DNA from: Octopus sinensis
Lineage: Eukaryota
DNA: 64,000 bases
Direction: 5' to 3'
Assembly: GCF_006345805.1 (NCBI RefSeq)
Contig: NC_043005.1
Coordinates: 86,180,001 to 86,244,000, forward strand
A model generated the notes under the pieces. That model was not told where the DNA came from. It saw only the letters and a list, made by a program, of their open reading frames with translations, and made no database searches. Position numbers and translations under genes: made by a program. Positions 1-15,250 of the stretch are shown here, piece after piece (position 1 is the stretch's first letter; every line of letters begins with the position of its first letter).

Positions 1-1445
<1,445 letters not shown>

Positions 1446-1498
1446 CAACATTGAAAAATACTTTAGGAATGAGAACCCTGTTTCGAAACTTCCCACAA

Positions 1499-1544
1499 GA
1501 AACTTGATGAAGGTTGGTGGGTATACCAGCCGAAACGTTGTGTT
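1499..1544 (+). ncRNA. Minimal type I hammerhead ribozyme motif (Penelope-type) in a ~160 bp unit (1446-1610)
   Basis: GAAAC / TTGATGA / A / GGTTGGT-GGGTAT-ACCAGCC / GAAAC GTT / GTGTT: 7-bp stem II, palindromic ACGT stem III, stem I 4 of 5 paired, core C3 replaced by U. Confidence 0.7.
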
Positions 1545-1834
1545 AACAAGAAACAAGATTAAGATAAATACCCGTAAAATGTAAATAATGTAAATAATGT
1601 GGATAATATCTTTTGAAAGCCGGGACCAAATCGATTATATTGACTTTAGAACTTCGCAGATGGAACCAGGCGTTGACATCAGTATGATTTGAAATCTGCG
1701 CGAAAAGAGATGAAACAAATATCGTAAAGTAATTTTGTACGAGGTTCCAACGATTCCGGCACTCCACTCTCATACTGTTGTCTCAAATGTGTTAATTTGG
1801 TAACATCTAACATCACAGATGACTTTTTAGTAAA

Positions 1835-1985
1835 CTGTAGTAACCCTTTCTACTACGATAGGAAGAGGGCCCGAAATTTGAAGGGAAAGTTATGTCGGTC
1901 CCATTAATCCCACTGACATATGAAAAGATGAAAGACGAAATCGAGCCGAGTGGTATTTGAACTAAGAACTTACAAACGGACGAAA
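1835..1985 (-). mobile_element. Degenerate SINE family A fragment
   Basis: Similar to the family A tail (GGCCCGAAATTT) and body (GATGAAAG...ATTTGAACT.AGAAC). Confidence 0.55.
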
Positions 1986-2508
1986 AGCTACTTTATTAGG
2001 AATGTGCCATGATGAAAATATATTGCTTCAATAATACCTTTTTATAGGTGCCGCGGAAGTGAAAAGATGAAGGGATTTTATCGTTACTCGAACTCACATC
2101 AGAAACAACCGCAATAAATATGAGTTGGCATTTTGTTCTAACAATCTAATACTTTTGCCGATCCACTAAGCTCCGTTTATGTAACAAAAATAAAATAACA
2201 AATGCAACAGTAACGAAAACCAAAAATATTGGCAGCAAATTATAAAAATATGTCTTCTCATAGACTAATTCACCTCTTATATTGCTACAAAACACGCAAT
2301 AAATACAATAATATAAAACTAATATTATATAAAACATCAAAACCAAAACATAATTGAAAAAATATATATGTAATGCTAAGTAATATTTTTCTCTGGTCTC
2401 TCTCCAAGATTCCTGCATCAAAACAAGAGCGATCTAAATGAATATTGTGTAATACTTGTTTTATGAAGGGTAATTATATATATATATACATGTATATACA
2501 AATAAAGT

Positions 2509-2560
<52 letters not shown>

Positions 2561-2576
2561 GTAAACATATATATAA

Positions 2577-2620
<44 letters not shown>

Positions 2621-3365
2621 ACAGATGGATAGATATACATACACACTGATATATATATGAATGTATACACACATATATACATGCAAAATGCGTGTGTGAG
2701 AGTGAGTATGCTTGTTTCATATCTCTTATATTTTTTATGTCTATGCATGTGTGTGTTGGAGGGTTTGGTTTGTCTTGTGTATCCCTCAGTTCACTGTGAA
2801 GCATTGTTTTACAAAGATCGTATCAAATGCCAGGCTTATAATAAAATCAAAATAAAAAAAAAACAATGAAAGCACCCAGAATATTAAATAACATAATTTC
2901 TCTTAAAAAAGAGAGCGAAAGGCAGGTTATATAGAACCCATTCTTAAATATATACAGACGCACACATGTGGCCATTAAATAATAGTCATATGGAATATGA
3001 ACAGCCAATGTTAAATATACCGAAATCAATGGCGGCTACGCACAGAGAGTTCATATGTAACGCCAGGTGCATATATAGATATACACATACTGAGAAACAC
3101 CAAAGAGCACATAGATGAAATCATGGAATATATATTAACACACACACACACACACACATGTATACGCAAACACAAGCATACAGAAATAGGTGTATGTTTG
3201 TGTACGTTTGCCTGTGTGTATTATATAATATATCTGTGAATGTGTATGTGTATGTGTACGTATGTATATATATATGTTATATAATATGCATATATATATA
3301 TATATATATATCTATATATATATATATATATATGCATATATTATATATTAGATCTATATTATATA

Positions 3366-3740
3366 CTAGCAGTATCGCCCGGCGTGCTAGGTTTGTAAGG
3401 GAAATAACTATTAAAGCATTTTTAGAGAGTTATAGCAAAAAAATAGCAAAAAAATGGAAAAAAATATAATGGTAAAATTTTTTTTTGAGATTTAAAAAAG
3501 GTTGAGTTGCGTCCCCTAGACAGTTGTGGTTCGTATCCTAATTCTCGACCCCATGTCGAATTTATCGATTTTTTTCAGAACTGGAGGGAACTTTTCAAAA
3601 TTTTCGCTGCGTTAGTTTGAATTATGACATTGGGCTATGTGGTGTCAAGTTTCATTCAGAATCGGTTGAAAGCCGTGGTCAGGGTGAGGGTACAAGCAAA
3701 CAGACACACAGAAACACGCACAGACAAACTGCCGTTATAT

Positions 3741-3745
<5 letters not shown>
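3366..3745 (-). mobile_element. Non-autonomous Helitron (380 bp) in an (AT)n array
   Basis: On the minus strand it starts TCTCTATATAACGGCAG and ends ...ACGCCGGGCGATACTG-CTAG, flanked A|T. It shares ~70 bp of 3' end with 924-1318 but has a different interior. Confidence 0.85.
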
Positions 3746-3781
<36 letters not shown>

Positions 3782-3956
3782 TATATATATATATATATAT
3801 ATGCATATATATGATATATGCATATATATATATATTTGTAGACATACATATTGCATACATATACATACATGTGTGTATATACTAAATATATATATATATA
3901 TGTATATATATGTATATGAATGTATATATATATATGTATATATATACATTATATAT

Positions 3957-4003
<47 letters not shown>

Positions 4004-4020
4004 AATACATATATATATTG

Positions 4021-4051
<31 letters not shown>

Positions 4052-4529
4052 GTATGTATATACATATTATATTATATCGTATTATATTATATTGCAGAGA
4101 CAGTGACATAGATCGTAAACAGTCGCACACATGGTTAGAAAAAATAATAGCATGGTAGCATGCCGGGATTCAGAACAACAGACGTACAAAAACCGCGCAT
4201 ATACAGAGACATCCACTCACACATACTACCAATGTTGGACCGTTCATACAGACATAGTTATTATGCATAATAAAAAATTAAATGGAAAAGGTTGTAAAAT
4301 AACTTATATTTCTACATGTACAATTTCTTATAATGGTAACCATAAGACATTATTTTTGATCAATTACCCTCAATATAAAAGACTTGCGGAAATGGAAGAG
4401 AAAAGGGCAGAGATGGGGCAAGTGGAAGGTTTTAGGAGGGATGTTAAAATCTGGAATAGTGATTTTATCAATAAGAGAAAATCAATACAATGAAGCAATA
4501 AACTATTGATCTGCTTTCACTTGCATCCC

Positions 4530-4551
4530 CCCCTCTCTCTCTCTCTCTCTC

Positions 4552-4594
<43 letters not shown>

Positions 4595-4607
4595 CCCTCT
4601 CAGTCTG

Positions 4608-4664
<57 letters not shown>

Positions 4665-4829
4665 ATATCTCTCTAGCTAGCTATCTACCTCTCTGTCTGT
4701 CTGTCTCGCTCTATCTATCAATATATCTATCTATCTGTCTATCTATTTATCTATCTATATATGTCTATCTCTCTGTCTATATATCTATATCTGTCTATCT
4801 CTCTGTCTATCTATCTATCTATCTATCTG

Positions 4830-4910
<81 letters not shown>

Positions 4911-4915
4911 ATGTC
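4530..4915. repeat. Compound (CT)n/(AT)n/(ATCT)n microsatellite
   Basis: Directly visible. Similar (ATCT)n/(GATA)n arrays occur at ~43788-43870, 44400-44550, 53940-54040 and 58325-58390. Confidence 0.95.
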
Positions 4916-5285
4916 TAACTAACTAGCTAACTAGCCATATATCTTCTCTCATTTCCTACGCTGTTGTCACTCCTCTATGTACACACACACACTCACGCAC
5001 AAAAACACTGAGGCACACACACTTACGCGCACACAGACATACATATATAAAATATAATATATAATGTATTGAGATACTAGGGACATACCATAATGTTTTT
5101 GGGGTGTAGTTTATCTCAAATAGATCCAGAAAAACTCTGAGGACTTTTTTTCTAGTATATATATCCAGTGAAGTTTTACTATATCGTGGCATATTATATT
5201 GTTCTATTTCCAGTAAATATTGATGCATTGTGTACCACTATCCTATACATACATGCATGCATACATACATACATACATACATACA

Positions 5286-5322
<37 letters not shown>

Positions 5323-5338
5323 CATATACATATATATA

Positions 5339-5381
<43 letters not shown>

Positions 5382-5799
5382 ATAAATTTTAACAGAATGA
5401 AAGATTTCAGGACATTTATAAGGGTTTTACAGCCGTTTCCGGAATATTTTACATATCCCTTCACCGCATTCGGGGTGAAACAAAAGGCGAAGCAATAGTT
5501 ATTCTAGATAAGGTATGAAATAGAGAGTGAAGTGGAAGAATGAAAATAGACGTGACATATGCAGGGATATTGAATATGCAGTTCCATTATTTAGGCAGAA
5601 TGGTATACATATACACACATACATACACACTCACAGAGACAGACACAGACGCACATATATATATATATATATATATTCAAAAAGCAATAAAGATTCAAGT
5701 TAAATTTAAATGAATTTACTTGAATATGGTACCTAACTTAGATGCACCAAAAAAAAAACTATACTGTTTTAACAATACAGTAATGCGGGGTGATTATAA

Positions 5800-6420
5800 G
5801 CGAGAAAGAAGCAACAAGAATGGATAGGTTTTTAGTACAATCGTTTCATACAAGGACAGGCTTTATTAAAAGTTGTAAAAATTACAGCATATAAACGTGT
5901 CCCGTACTCATCAGCTAAAATACATGTGAGTTCTCTAGACATCCTAGTGGTTGAGGCCTACTATGAAAGTAATGTAGATAATTAAGTAACATAAACAGAT
6001 TCCAAAGTTCATTACAGTTCTTTAAAATGAATGTACAGTCTTATCACAGAATTTTAAAAACGTTTTAATAGCATCACAGAGAAGGTGACCTAATCCATAG
6101 AGCAAATATGAATTTCCAGAGAATATGATGAGGGATTACATACTCACAGAAGACAAATTTATCCATTGTTAATCACACGAGGTGGGTCTCAATCCTGCTT
6201 ATTAGCATTACAGAGAGGGTGAATTAATCCTTTGTATAGATGAACAATTTCCAATGGTGTAGATGTAAATTTCCAGAGAAATGAAGAGGAATTCATATTC
6301 ACAGGCGATAAATTATCAATGGTTGAACACAATGAGGTAGGTATCAATCTTGTTATATGATTAGGTATTGCCACATTAATCACATTACTGCTATTTACAA
6401 GAGGCTGTAGCTATTTAACT
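5800..6420 (-). mobile_element. Highly decayed L2/CR1-like LINE remnant with a diverged internal tandem duplication (~6080-6190 vs ~6215-6350)
   Basis: The minus frame contains LYKGLIHP, resembling the RT C-terminal LYKxLIRP motif; the two duplicated blocks are visible. Confidence 0.35.
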
Positions 6421-7364
6421 TTTAAGGCAGGCTGAAGGGCTTTCTAGAGAGTCAAAGAATAGAAAAGGGACGGGAATAGAAGAAAGAGAGAAAATAAAGG
6501 AGGAGGGAGCAAAAAGGGGGGGAAGGGGACTAAAGAAGAGAAAAGGAAAAGGAAAAAGAGAAAAGAAAAAGAAAAAGAAAAAAAGAGAAAGAGAAAGAAA
6601 TAGGGAAAGAAGGAAAAAAGAAAAAGAAAAAAAGAGGGTTCTAGTTATACAGAAGAATTAGTAGACGGCAAGTCTGGTTTTAATTTACAGGCATCTAGGA
6701 ACTAGAGGAGAATATTATTCTTTGACCAGTAAAACAGTTAATTTATTGCTGTTGAAATCAGCTATGAATTAAAGAGAATATAAAGAGCATACACAGTCAG
6801 GGGTTTAGGGGTCAGATGCTAAAATCAAAAGAAAATACATTAGGAAAATCTAAGTATAATCTTATCAAAAAGTCATTAAAATTTACTTATTTATTATTCT
6901 TTATTTTTTTTATTGTCTTAAGGAGTTATTATTCATACATTGACGGACTACAGGTCAAATCTTAGAAGATCATTTACAAGGTGTTAGGGGATTGTCTATC
7001 ATAATGAAGATAATCATATTATCACCGAGGGGGTAGCCTATTTATTTAATTTTGAAATAGAATTATGGGGCTATAGTAACTCATTTTATTTTATTAGAGT
7101 TATGCTACTTAAATTAGATTAAGTTAGGAATTAAATTAAAAATACAATTAAGATTTAAAATTAAGAATTAAAAAAATTATGAGTTTGAAATTAAATAAAG
7201 CCTCAATTAAGCAGCGTATAAGTACTATTCATTTCCATGTTCTCAAAAAAACTGATGCAGATATAAGGAAAAAGATAACTGTAGTGTGAGAACTCTTAGT
7301 TATCTACTTAAAGCAGTGCTATACTAGTAGAAATCAAGTTATATCTATCTATCTAGTTACGAAT

Positions 7365-7950
7365 ATTCTAATCATTTAAAATATTTTAAAGTCTTCAATT
7401 TAGCGTGGACACAAACTTGACCTAGTTCGATATGGTTATTCAATAAGTTTCTATGTTTTCTATGCTTTAGAATTTCATATGTCTCCATGGAGCATAGTTG
7501 GCAACCAACCCTACTATTTTTTAACGGAATTGCTCTCCTACTATTCCCCAATTAAGGTTATAATTTTTATTATTATTTTTGAGTTCCCAGATTTTGTTGA
7601 AAGTGTGGTGGTACCAGCTTTATGACGTAATTTAAAAGACGAGATGTGATTTCTAACTCTGGCTAGAAAATTAATTGTACATCCAAAGTAAAGATATTGT
7701 TATTCTCCGTGGATATGGTACATTTATAGATTACATTATTTCCCCACATAGACCAGGTGCCGGGCATTTTGATTTTATTCTACACTTACACACAGGAGGA
7801 ACAACTTCAGGCTTTGGATTATTCTTGGGTAGATGTCTTAGGTTCCTATTATTTTGATTATCATTTCTATAGTTGGTGCCGATATCTAAAGTATTGCTAT
7901 TATTTATTGATCCTTCAGCTTCATCATTTAGGTCTAAAGTCCTACCATGA
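7365..7950 (-). mobile_element. Penelope-like element remnant: GIY-YIG endonuclease region, frameshifted
   Basis: Minus-strand pieces CKCRIKSKCPAPGLC, NVIYKC, YFGCTINFLARVRNHISSF, IWELK..NYNLNW, CQLCSME.YEIL, LLN..ELG.VCVH follow the PLE CxCxxKxxCP / GIY-YIG layout. Confidence 0.85.
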
Positions 7951-7954
7951 TTTC

Positions 7955-8006
<52 letters not shown>

Positions 8007-8271
8007 ATTTATATATTTATGTATGCATATACGTATCTATATATTTATGATGCACATATTAACTTATATGTTCATGCGTGTATGTGTGTCTTTCTGTGAT
8101 GATATTCGTATTTTTGACGAGGAAACCTTGACAATTATTGACAAGAAAACAATTAAATAATAATGGTATACAAGAACCCTACCCACTCAAAATTAAAAAA
8201 AAATAAACATTGAATATAAAAAATATAATAAATAACATCTATTTTCGCCCCCAATACCGATCATTACATTC

Positions 8272-8470
<199 letters not shown>

Positions 8471-8929
8471 GTAGTTGCTATTATGTTTTTACTCATATAC
8501 TTATATTTTTATTGTTAATATTTTCCACTTCGATTTTCAGAAACCAAATAATGTTGTTAACGCATTTTTTATTTATTTGTATATACATACATACATACAA
8601 CATACACACGCAAACACACACAATATATATATTGTTGGTCTGAAATTTCATTTGTCGATATTGAATATGTATTTATTCATCTGTTTTGTTTTGAAATACA
8701 TCTTTGTGAAATATTATTCGCTTGTATATTTAGTGCTTTCTTAATCATCTTCTGTACATCATTATGGCATTATTGACACATCGAGTCAATAACAGGAAAA
8801 GCGAGATATCGAGAGAGATGGCGAGAAGTACGTAACTGCGTGTGTGTGTGTCTCTGTGTACACATTAATATACATATATTTATAAATAGATACGTACATA
8901 TATATCTGTATATATACATGCGTACATAC

Positions 8930-8977
<48 letters not shown>

Positions 8978-9027
8978 AGAAATAGATTTAGGTATATATA
9001 AATGAATATGTACATATACATACCTAT

Positions 9028-9074
<47 letters not shown>

Positions 9075-9302
9075 CAAACACACACACATATATATGTATA
9101 TATATGTATATATGTGTGTGTACATATAAAAACAAGTTTAAAATAATGGTCTTTACGTATAATTCCTTTATTAGAGCAAATGTGGCTTACAGTTGTTTCC
9201 AGTTAACATTATAGTTTCATTAATGATAGGTTTACTCAAATGCTCTAGTGATCACTTGAGGTAAATTGAACGATCTAAGAAAATTAATGCTGCTTTCGTC
9301 AG

Positions 9303-9375
9303 AGACACTCCTGGTTTCAAGAAGCAGATCATAGGAAGAATGGCTGTTGTGGGTGGAATGTAAGAGGAAATATGG
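9303..9375 (+). other. Candidate internal exon (73 nt), product unknown
   Basis: Acceptor CTGCTTTCGTCAG| and donor GG|GTAAGT; one open frame RHSWFQEADHRKNGCCGWNVRGNM. Confidence 0.3.
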
Positions 9376-9399
9376 GTAAGTTCAATTAGAATAAAGAAC

Positions 9400-9590
9400 A
9401 GGGGATGACAAGTTGTAAACACATACACACATATGCACACAACGAGTGTCTTTCAGTTCGTGTCTACCGAAATCACTCTCAAGTCATTTGTTGGTCCGGA
9501 GATATAGCAGAAAACACACTATCAAATTGCCGCCCAGTTGCACTGAATCCGATGGTACATGGTAGCAATACGAGCGCTTAACTGTACAAC
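9400..9590 (-). mobile_element. SINE family C 5' half
   Basis: Reverse complement of the tRNA-like head and TGAGAGTGATTTCGGTAGACAC segment, homologous to 62293-62682. Confidence 0.7.
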
Positions 9591-10309
9591 CTGATTGTGA
9601 TGAAATTTTAATGTAAATAACATTACAGGCGATGATTTTTTTTTATTTTTGAGATATATGTAGATATGTTGGTCGTGTAAACCCCATTAATGTTATTACT
9701 GTTGATGCATCATTTATCACAGATTTTTCCTGACTGAACTGACTTATAATCAAACCAGTTTGAGCATTTGACATCCCTTTTCTGTTGTCAGGTACAGTAC
9801 TTCGTTATCCGGGATCTCAACTGATTTATTATCGTTTGCAGTTCCGTGTGTATGACCGAATGCGCTTCTGCGTTTGTGCATAGTTATATAACGAGAAATA
9901 TTGCTAACTGTAGAGTGGCGACGATGGCTGAGGCGAACGAGAGAGATATGACAAAATGTTTGATTTTTTTTCTAATTTTCAAGCAAAGTAATTAGATGTC
10001 CAGCTGATTAACCTAATCAGTTTAGAGTGGAATGTTAATGAAAACATCAGTCATCTGTTTCACTGATTAGTGTTATTGGCTCTACTAATTGACTCTGAGA
10101 AAGTTGAAACAGGCAAATAAATTGATATGTTGGCCCTATATACACCTAAGGGAATGTACAGTAACAATTTTCGACACGTTTACGCTCATGCAACCCTCTG
10201 ATAATTATCGCTGCTTGATGTCACGTATGAGACCTCACATTAAATACGTAACCCTAATCTCCATCTTAACCCTCTTCAATCTTGCTCCTTCGCTACATTT
10301 TGTCTTCAG

Positions 10310-10517
10310 GGGTCAACCGACATTATTTACATCAGAATATGAACTGCATCAGAATTCTCTGTCAGCGGTGGGGGACTGTAAATCATGATATGAAACTAAT
10401 ATCGGAATTTAATTCGTGGATGCTACAAGGAAAGTTTGTCGACTGGTTACATCATAGGTTCCCAATCTTTTCATAATGGCTCCCGGGAGTGGATCCCAAA
10501 CCGTTTATTTAAATAAA
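10310..10517 (+). other. Candidate terminal exon with AATAAA
   Basis: Acceptor ACATTTTGTCTTCAG|, open frame to TAA at 10474-10476, AATAAA at 10512-10517; phase compatible with 9303-9375. Confidence 0.3.
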
Positions 10518-10567
10518 GTTTCCTACGGCCCAATTTAAATATGCTTAACATTATATATACATACATA

Positions 10568-10599
<32 letters not shown>

Positions 10600-10742
10600 G
10601 TATATGTATATATATATACATGCATATATATATATACACATAAATACATACATACATACATACATACATACATACATACATACATACATACATACATACA
10701 TACATGCATACATACAAACATACATACATATATATATATGAT

Positions 10743-10872
10743 ATATGAAAATTAGTCGTTTGCCATAATAAAACTCAGAGTATCTGATGTCGGGGCGGAA
10801 TTCTGCTTCGGCATCTCCGCATCGACATCTGAAACTCTGAGTTTTATTATGGCAACCGACTAATTATCACAT
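10743..10872. mobile_element. Palindromic MITE-like hairpin element next to (AT)n
   Basis: Arms AAATTAGTCGTTTGCCATAATAAAACTCAGAG... and ...CTCTGAGTTTTATTATGGCAACCGACTAATT are near-perfect reverse complements with a short loop. Confidence 0.8.
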
Positions 10873-10970
10873 ATCATAGTGTAGATAAATTCCTCTATTG
10901 CATAATTTCGAGGTCTCATTCATTCTTTTGTTGTCATGTTATTATTATTATTATCATTATATATATATAA

Positions 10971-11053
<83 letters not shown>

Positions 11054-12249
11054 ATATATATATATATACATATATATATATATGTATATATATATATATG
11101 TATATATATATACAGATAGATATATATATATATGAAATTTTGAATTAAGGTCAGGGCCCCCCAGTACTACCTTTGCGGCCCCAGGTTGGAAACCATTGGG
11201 TTAGATTTTGTATATCGATAAGAGATATATTTTGTGTGACAAAATAAACTTGAATTTGCACAAGTAACTCAGGGTGAGAAATAGGGGAAAAGTATTTCAT
11301 TAAATACAAGTAGATTTTAAAGCTTATTTCTACAGATTTTCTATAAAATTCGGGGCCAGCACTGAAAATTACGTTTCGTATTCCAATACGTTTATGTACA
11401 CAATACGATCGAAAATATAAAAATAGGTAATGGATGTATATGCTTATTTCAAGAGTTATTGCACTTTTATCAGTACTAAATATAATCCGTTAACTTTCCA
11501 CGAACCCATTGCTTGAATGGCCACTACATTTAGCGATTTAAATCTATTGGATACACCAAGTTGCATATTACACACATTCTTGGAAGATGGTAGGTAAATA
11601 AATATTTATATCTAATTAAATCTGTTTATAAAATCTATACATCATTCTCTAAAAACAAATAAACAAGGTAGTAGGACAACCATAATCGCCGATTATGTGA
11701 GAAGACCACTTAATTAATGAATCTGTTATGCTGGCAATGAAGTTACCAAGGAGTGAGATAACCTGGGAAAGTCTACTCCATGCAACTCATCGACGTAAAA
11801 TTTCTGTACTTCAGATGTATTCTGAAAATAGAATTTCGTACGATGAATATTGTTTGTGATAAAGTTTCATTTTATGAACTGGGGGAAAATTTGCCCCAGC
11901 ATAACACTTGAGTAACGAAAATTTATCTTTTAACAAATGGTTTCCGGTGTTTTGGTAATGATGCCGATACGGCTACTAATGTAACCTCCTTTAAGCTTAT
12001 AACGCTTACACCTTATCACCTTTCGAAGTTTAAACGTTTACAATAAACGAACACGCTACAGCTATTAAAATGTATCGAAGAAAGTTCACAATGTAACTCT
12101 AGGAAGATGGTAGGTAAATATACAAATTGTATAATACTGAGTGTTGGGATAATTTCACCTTTTATCGGGAAGAGCTTGATATATAAGTGGACAGCCAACA
12201 GCGTTGAGGAGCATAAAGATTGATTTCTAGTTGCGGAGAAATTAGCTGA

Positions 12250-12745
12250 CATGGATCACGGAAACTATCAAAGGCTGTAAGACATGACATGGACAGTTGC
12301 AAAGGACTTGTGCTCTCTGGGCCTCTAACAGCGTAGGCCTACACATAAAGATCTGCTGACAATTCTTTATGCTATTTAGACAAGGAAGAACATCATAGAT
12401 TCGGTAGGAAGTTAGATGTGTCCCACCAAAGATGCTTAAAAAATATCCTGAGAACGTACTGGCAAGTCTGTATAATCAACTGAAATAATCTAAGGAGAGA
12501 TAACACAAGACCACTTCGCAAAATTATCAGAGAACGATGATTAAAACAAGCAAGTCACATCTTTCAGCTATCAAAGGAATGCCTTCTCAAACAGCTTTCA
12601 AATGGACACATCTGGAGGAAAAAATGGAAGACAAGAAGACAGAAAACTACATGGCACAGAATATTGATAACCGACACGAGAAAGGCCAATATAAAATAGC
12701 CGAATGTAAATATACCTGTTGGCAGCAAAAACCCTTAGAGTGAAT
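12250..12745 (+). mobile_element. RTE-clade LINE 3' remnant
   Basis: LDVSHQRCLKNILRTYWQ and RPLRKIIRER..ASHIF match the RTE C-terminal pattern; many stops. Confidence 0.75.
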
Positions 12746-15019
12746 TTTTCTGTCCATTAAGCTCTAGCGCAGAAGAGGGGACTGAGTTTATAACTAATTC
12801 TCATACATTGAATATCATATTGTCGCTCTTTTGTTCTTTGATATTTTTTACTCTCCAATAGATTTTCCAAACTTTCATCCTTTGCTGGCTGCAGATTCTA
12901 TACCGTGACGTGCAGATATTCATGCAGTCGGCGCGGTACAAGATTTAATAATGGAACTAATTTACAAGCATTTGTAAAGAAAAGCCATGCAAGAATAATT
13001 ATCAGCAGATATTCTACGACCTATTTTGCATGAGAGTTTAAACTTCATTCTCTTTCCATGCACCGGGATAGATCAAGTACAATTATATTCACGAATATTC
13101 CAAATATGAAGCGATACACATTTTAATTTTACAAACCAGCGCCCCATAAAATACTGTCACAAGACATTCTAGTTTACATTTTACGAATCCAGATATTTTT
13201 GAAGCTTTGACAGATTACTCGATTGCACATCCTTAGTCTACTAAACTCAATCAATGCAGCAACTTAATCACACATACGAACGGAAAAGTTGCTTCGCTTC
13301 GAATCACGAAGAGTTCTGTCATGTTCGTTCTACTTTTCCCCTGACAGCAAAATTACAAGTTCTAATTATATGAGTTGCAAAATGACCCAGTAACAGGATA
13401 CAAATATGTTTGATCAAATAATTGTCATGTCAAATGGTCTAATAATAATTTTAAAGTTGCACCGAGAATGATACTTAATAATTACTCGACCTGTTCTTTT
13501 TTTTTTGTCATGTAACTTAAAACATCAAATAATGTTTAATTTAATATTCGTCACAGTTCCATTTAAGAATAATAGCCCACAATTCAAGGAAAAAACATAT
13601 CTATTGATTACACGTACATGTGAAAACTATAAAGCTATTAATATTGCAACAATTGTTTGAAAAAAAATGTAATTACTCTCGTTGTTTTCAGACTATCACA
13701 AAAGTGAGAGTGTATGCACACAAGTGCATATGCATACACACTGCCAGACAGCAAAAGAGAGTCATGCATTCAGAATCATATACATACGCACACATTCGTG
13801 CAAACACGCGGTTCTGACGGCATTTAAGAAGCATTCAGGTAAATTCTACCATGTATTAACGAAGATATTTTACTATCTTCGATTTCGATTGAAAATTCAA
13901 TTAGTTACATCATATACATAAACACACACACACACACACATACATACACACACACATATATATGTATATAAATATATATACACACACATACATATAGACA
14001 CACATATATATGTGTTTATATATATATATTTAAAGACACACGCACGCACACGCACGAACGCGCACGCACAGACACGCACCCAAATATATATGTGTAAAGA
14101 TATATGTGTGTGTGTATGTGTGTATGCATATATCTGCACACACACAGATACACACATATATATATATATACATACACATATATGTATATAAGTATAAAAT
14201 ATAATATACATACATGCATACGAACATAAATATGTGCATACATATTTGCTTATATATATGTGTATGCATACGTATGTACGTATATATGCATGTATGCATG
14301 TATGCGTATATATGTATATATATATATGTGTGTGTGTGTGCATGAATGTGCGTATGCACGTGTATATGTATTTGTATGTATGTATATGTACAACGTCTGC
14401 GATATTTTCCGAACAAAACTGAATATTGCAAAATAATGAAGAAAAAAGAAGACATAAATAAAGAATAAATGAATAAAAAAACATAAAAACAAAGACCAAA
14501 ATTACTTATCACGCAAAGAAAATATTCCAAGTGTTTTATTTAATTAACGGAATAACATGTGAAAATGAAAATAGCGAAATAAATTGATAACAACACCGCA
14601 TACAATATACAATATGAACGACTGATATTTTGCGCATGAATATGTCTACACGACCGTGGTAAGAAAATTTAACTATATTACCAAAAGTATATAACAATAA
14701 ACACACATACACATATTCGTGTGTGTGTGTATATTTATGATGACTGTAGACTGAACATGAAATATGATGTATTATTGCGTGTATCAACTCTCTTGGCACA
14801 TAATTTCGACATGAATATTTCCCAACGATTACAAACTAAACGTCAGTTTCAATTCTGTATTCAATATAAATTACTTGATAGAATTGCCAAATTATACAGG
14901 GTGTCACTAGGCAAGAACTTGGTAGAAAGGCGAATTGAAGATAGTTTCAAATTCTTGCCAATTTGGAAAGAATCTATATCTCAAAGTAAACGCTGATGAG
15001 AATAAAAGACAAATAAATA

Positions 15020-15235
15020 TACTGTCTACTTTGCGCACAAGGCCCGAAATATTTGGGGAGGCGGGGAAGTCGATTAGATCGACCCCAGTACGCAACTGGT
15101 ACTTAATTTATCGACCTCGAAAGAATGAAACTCAAAGACGACCTCGGCGGAATTCGAACTCAGAACATAAAGACAGACGAAATGACGCTAAGCATTTCGC
15201 TCGGTGTGCTAACGTTTCTCCTAACTCGTCGCCTT
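15020..15235 (-). mobile_element. tRNA-derived SINE family A monomer (A-type tail)
   Basis: Head AAGGCGACGAGTTAGGAGAAACGTTAGC, B-box GAGTTCGAATTCC, tail AAATATTTCGGGCCTTGTG. Confidence 0.85.
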
Positions 15236-15250
15236 AAAAGATAAATTAAT

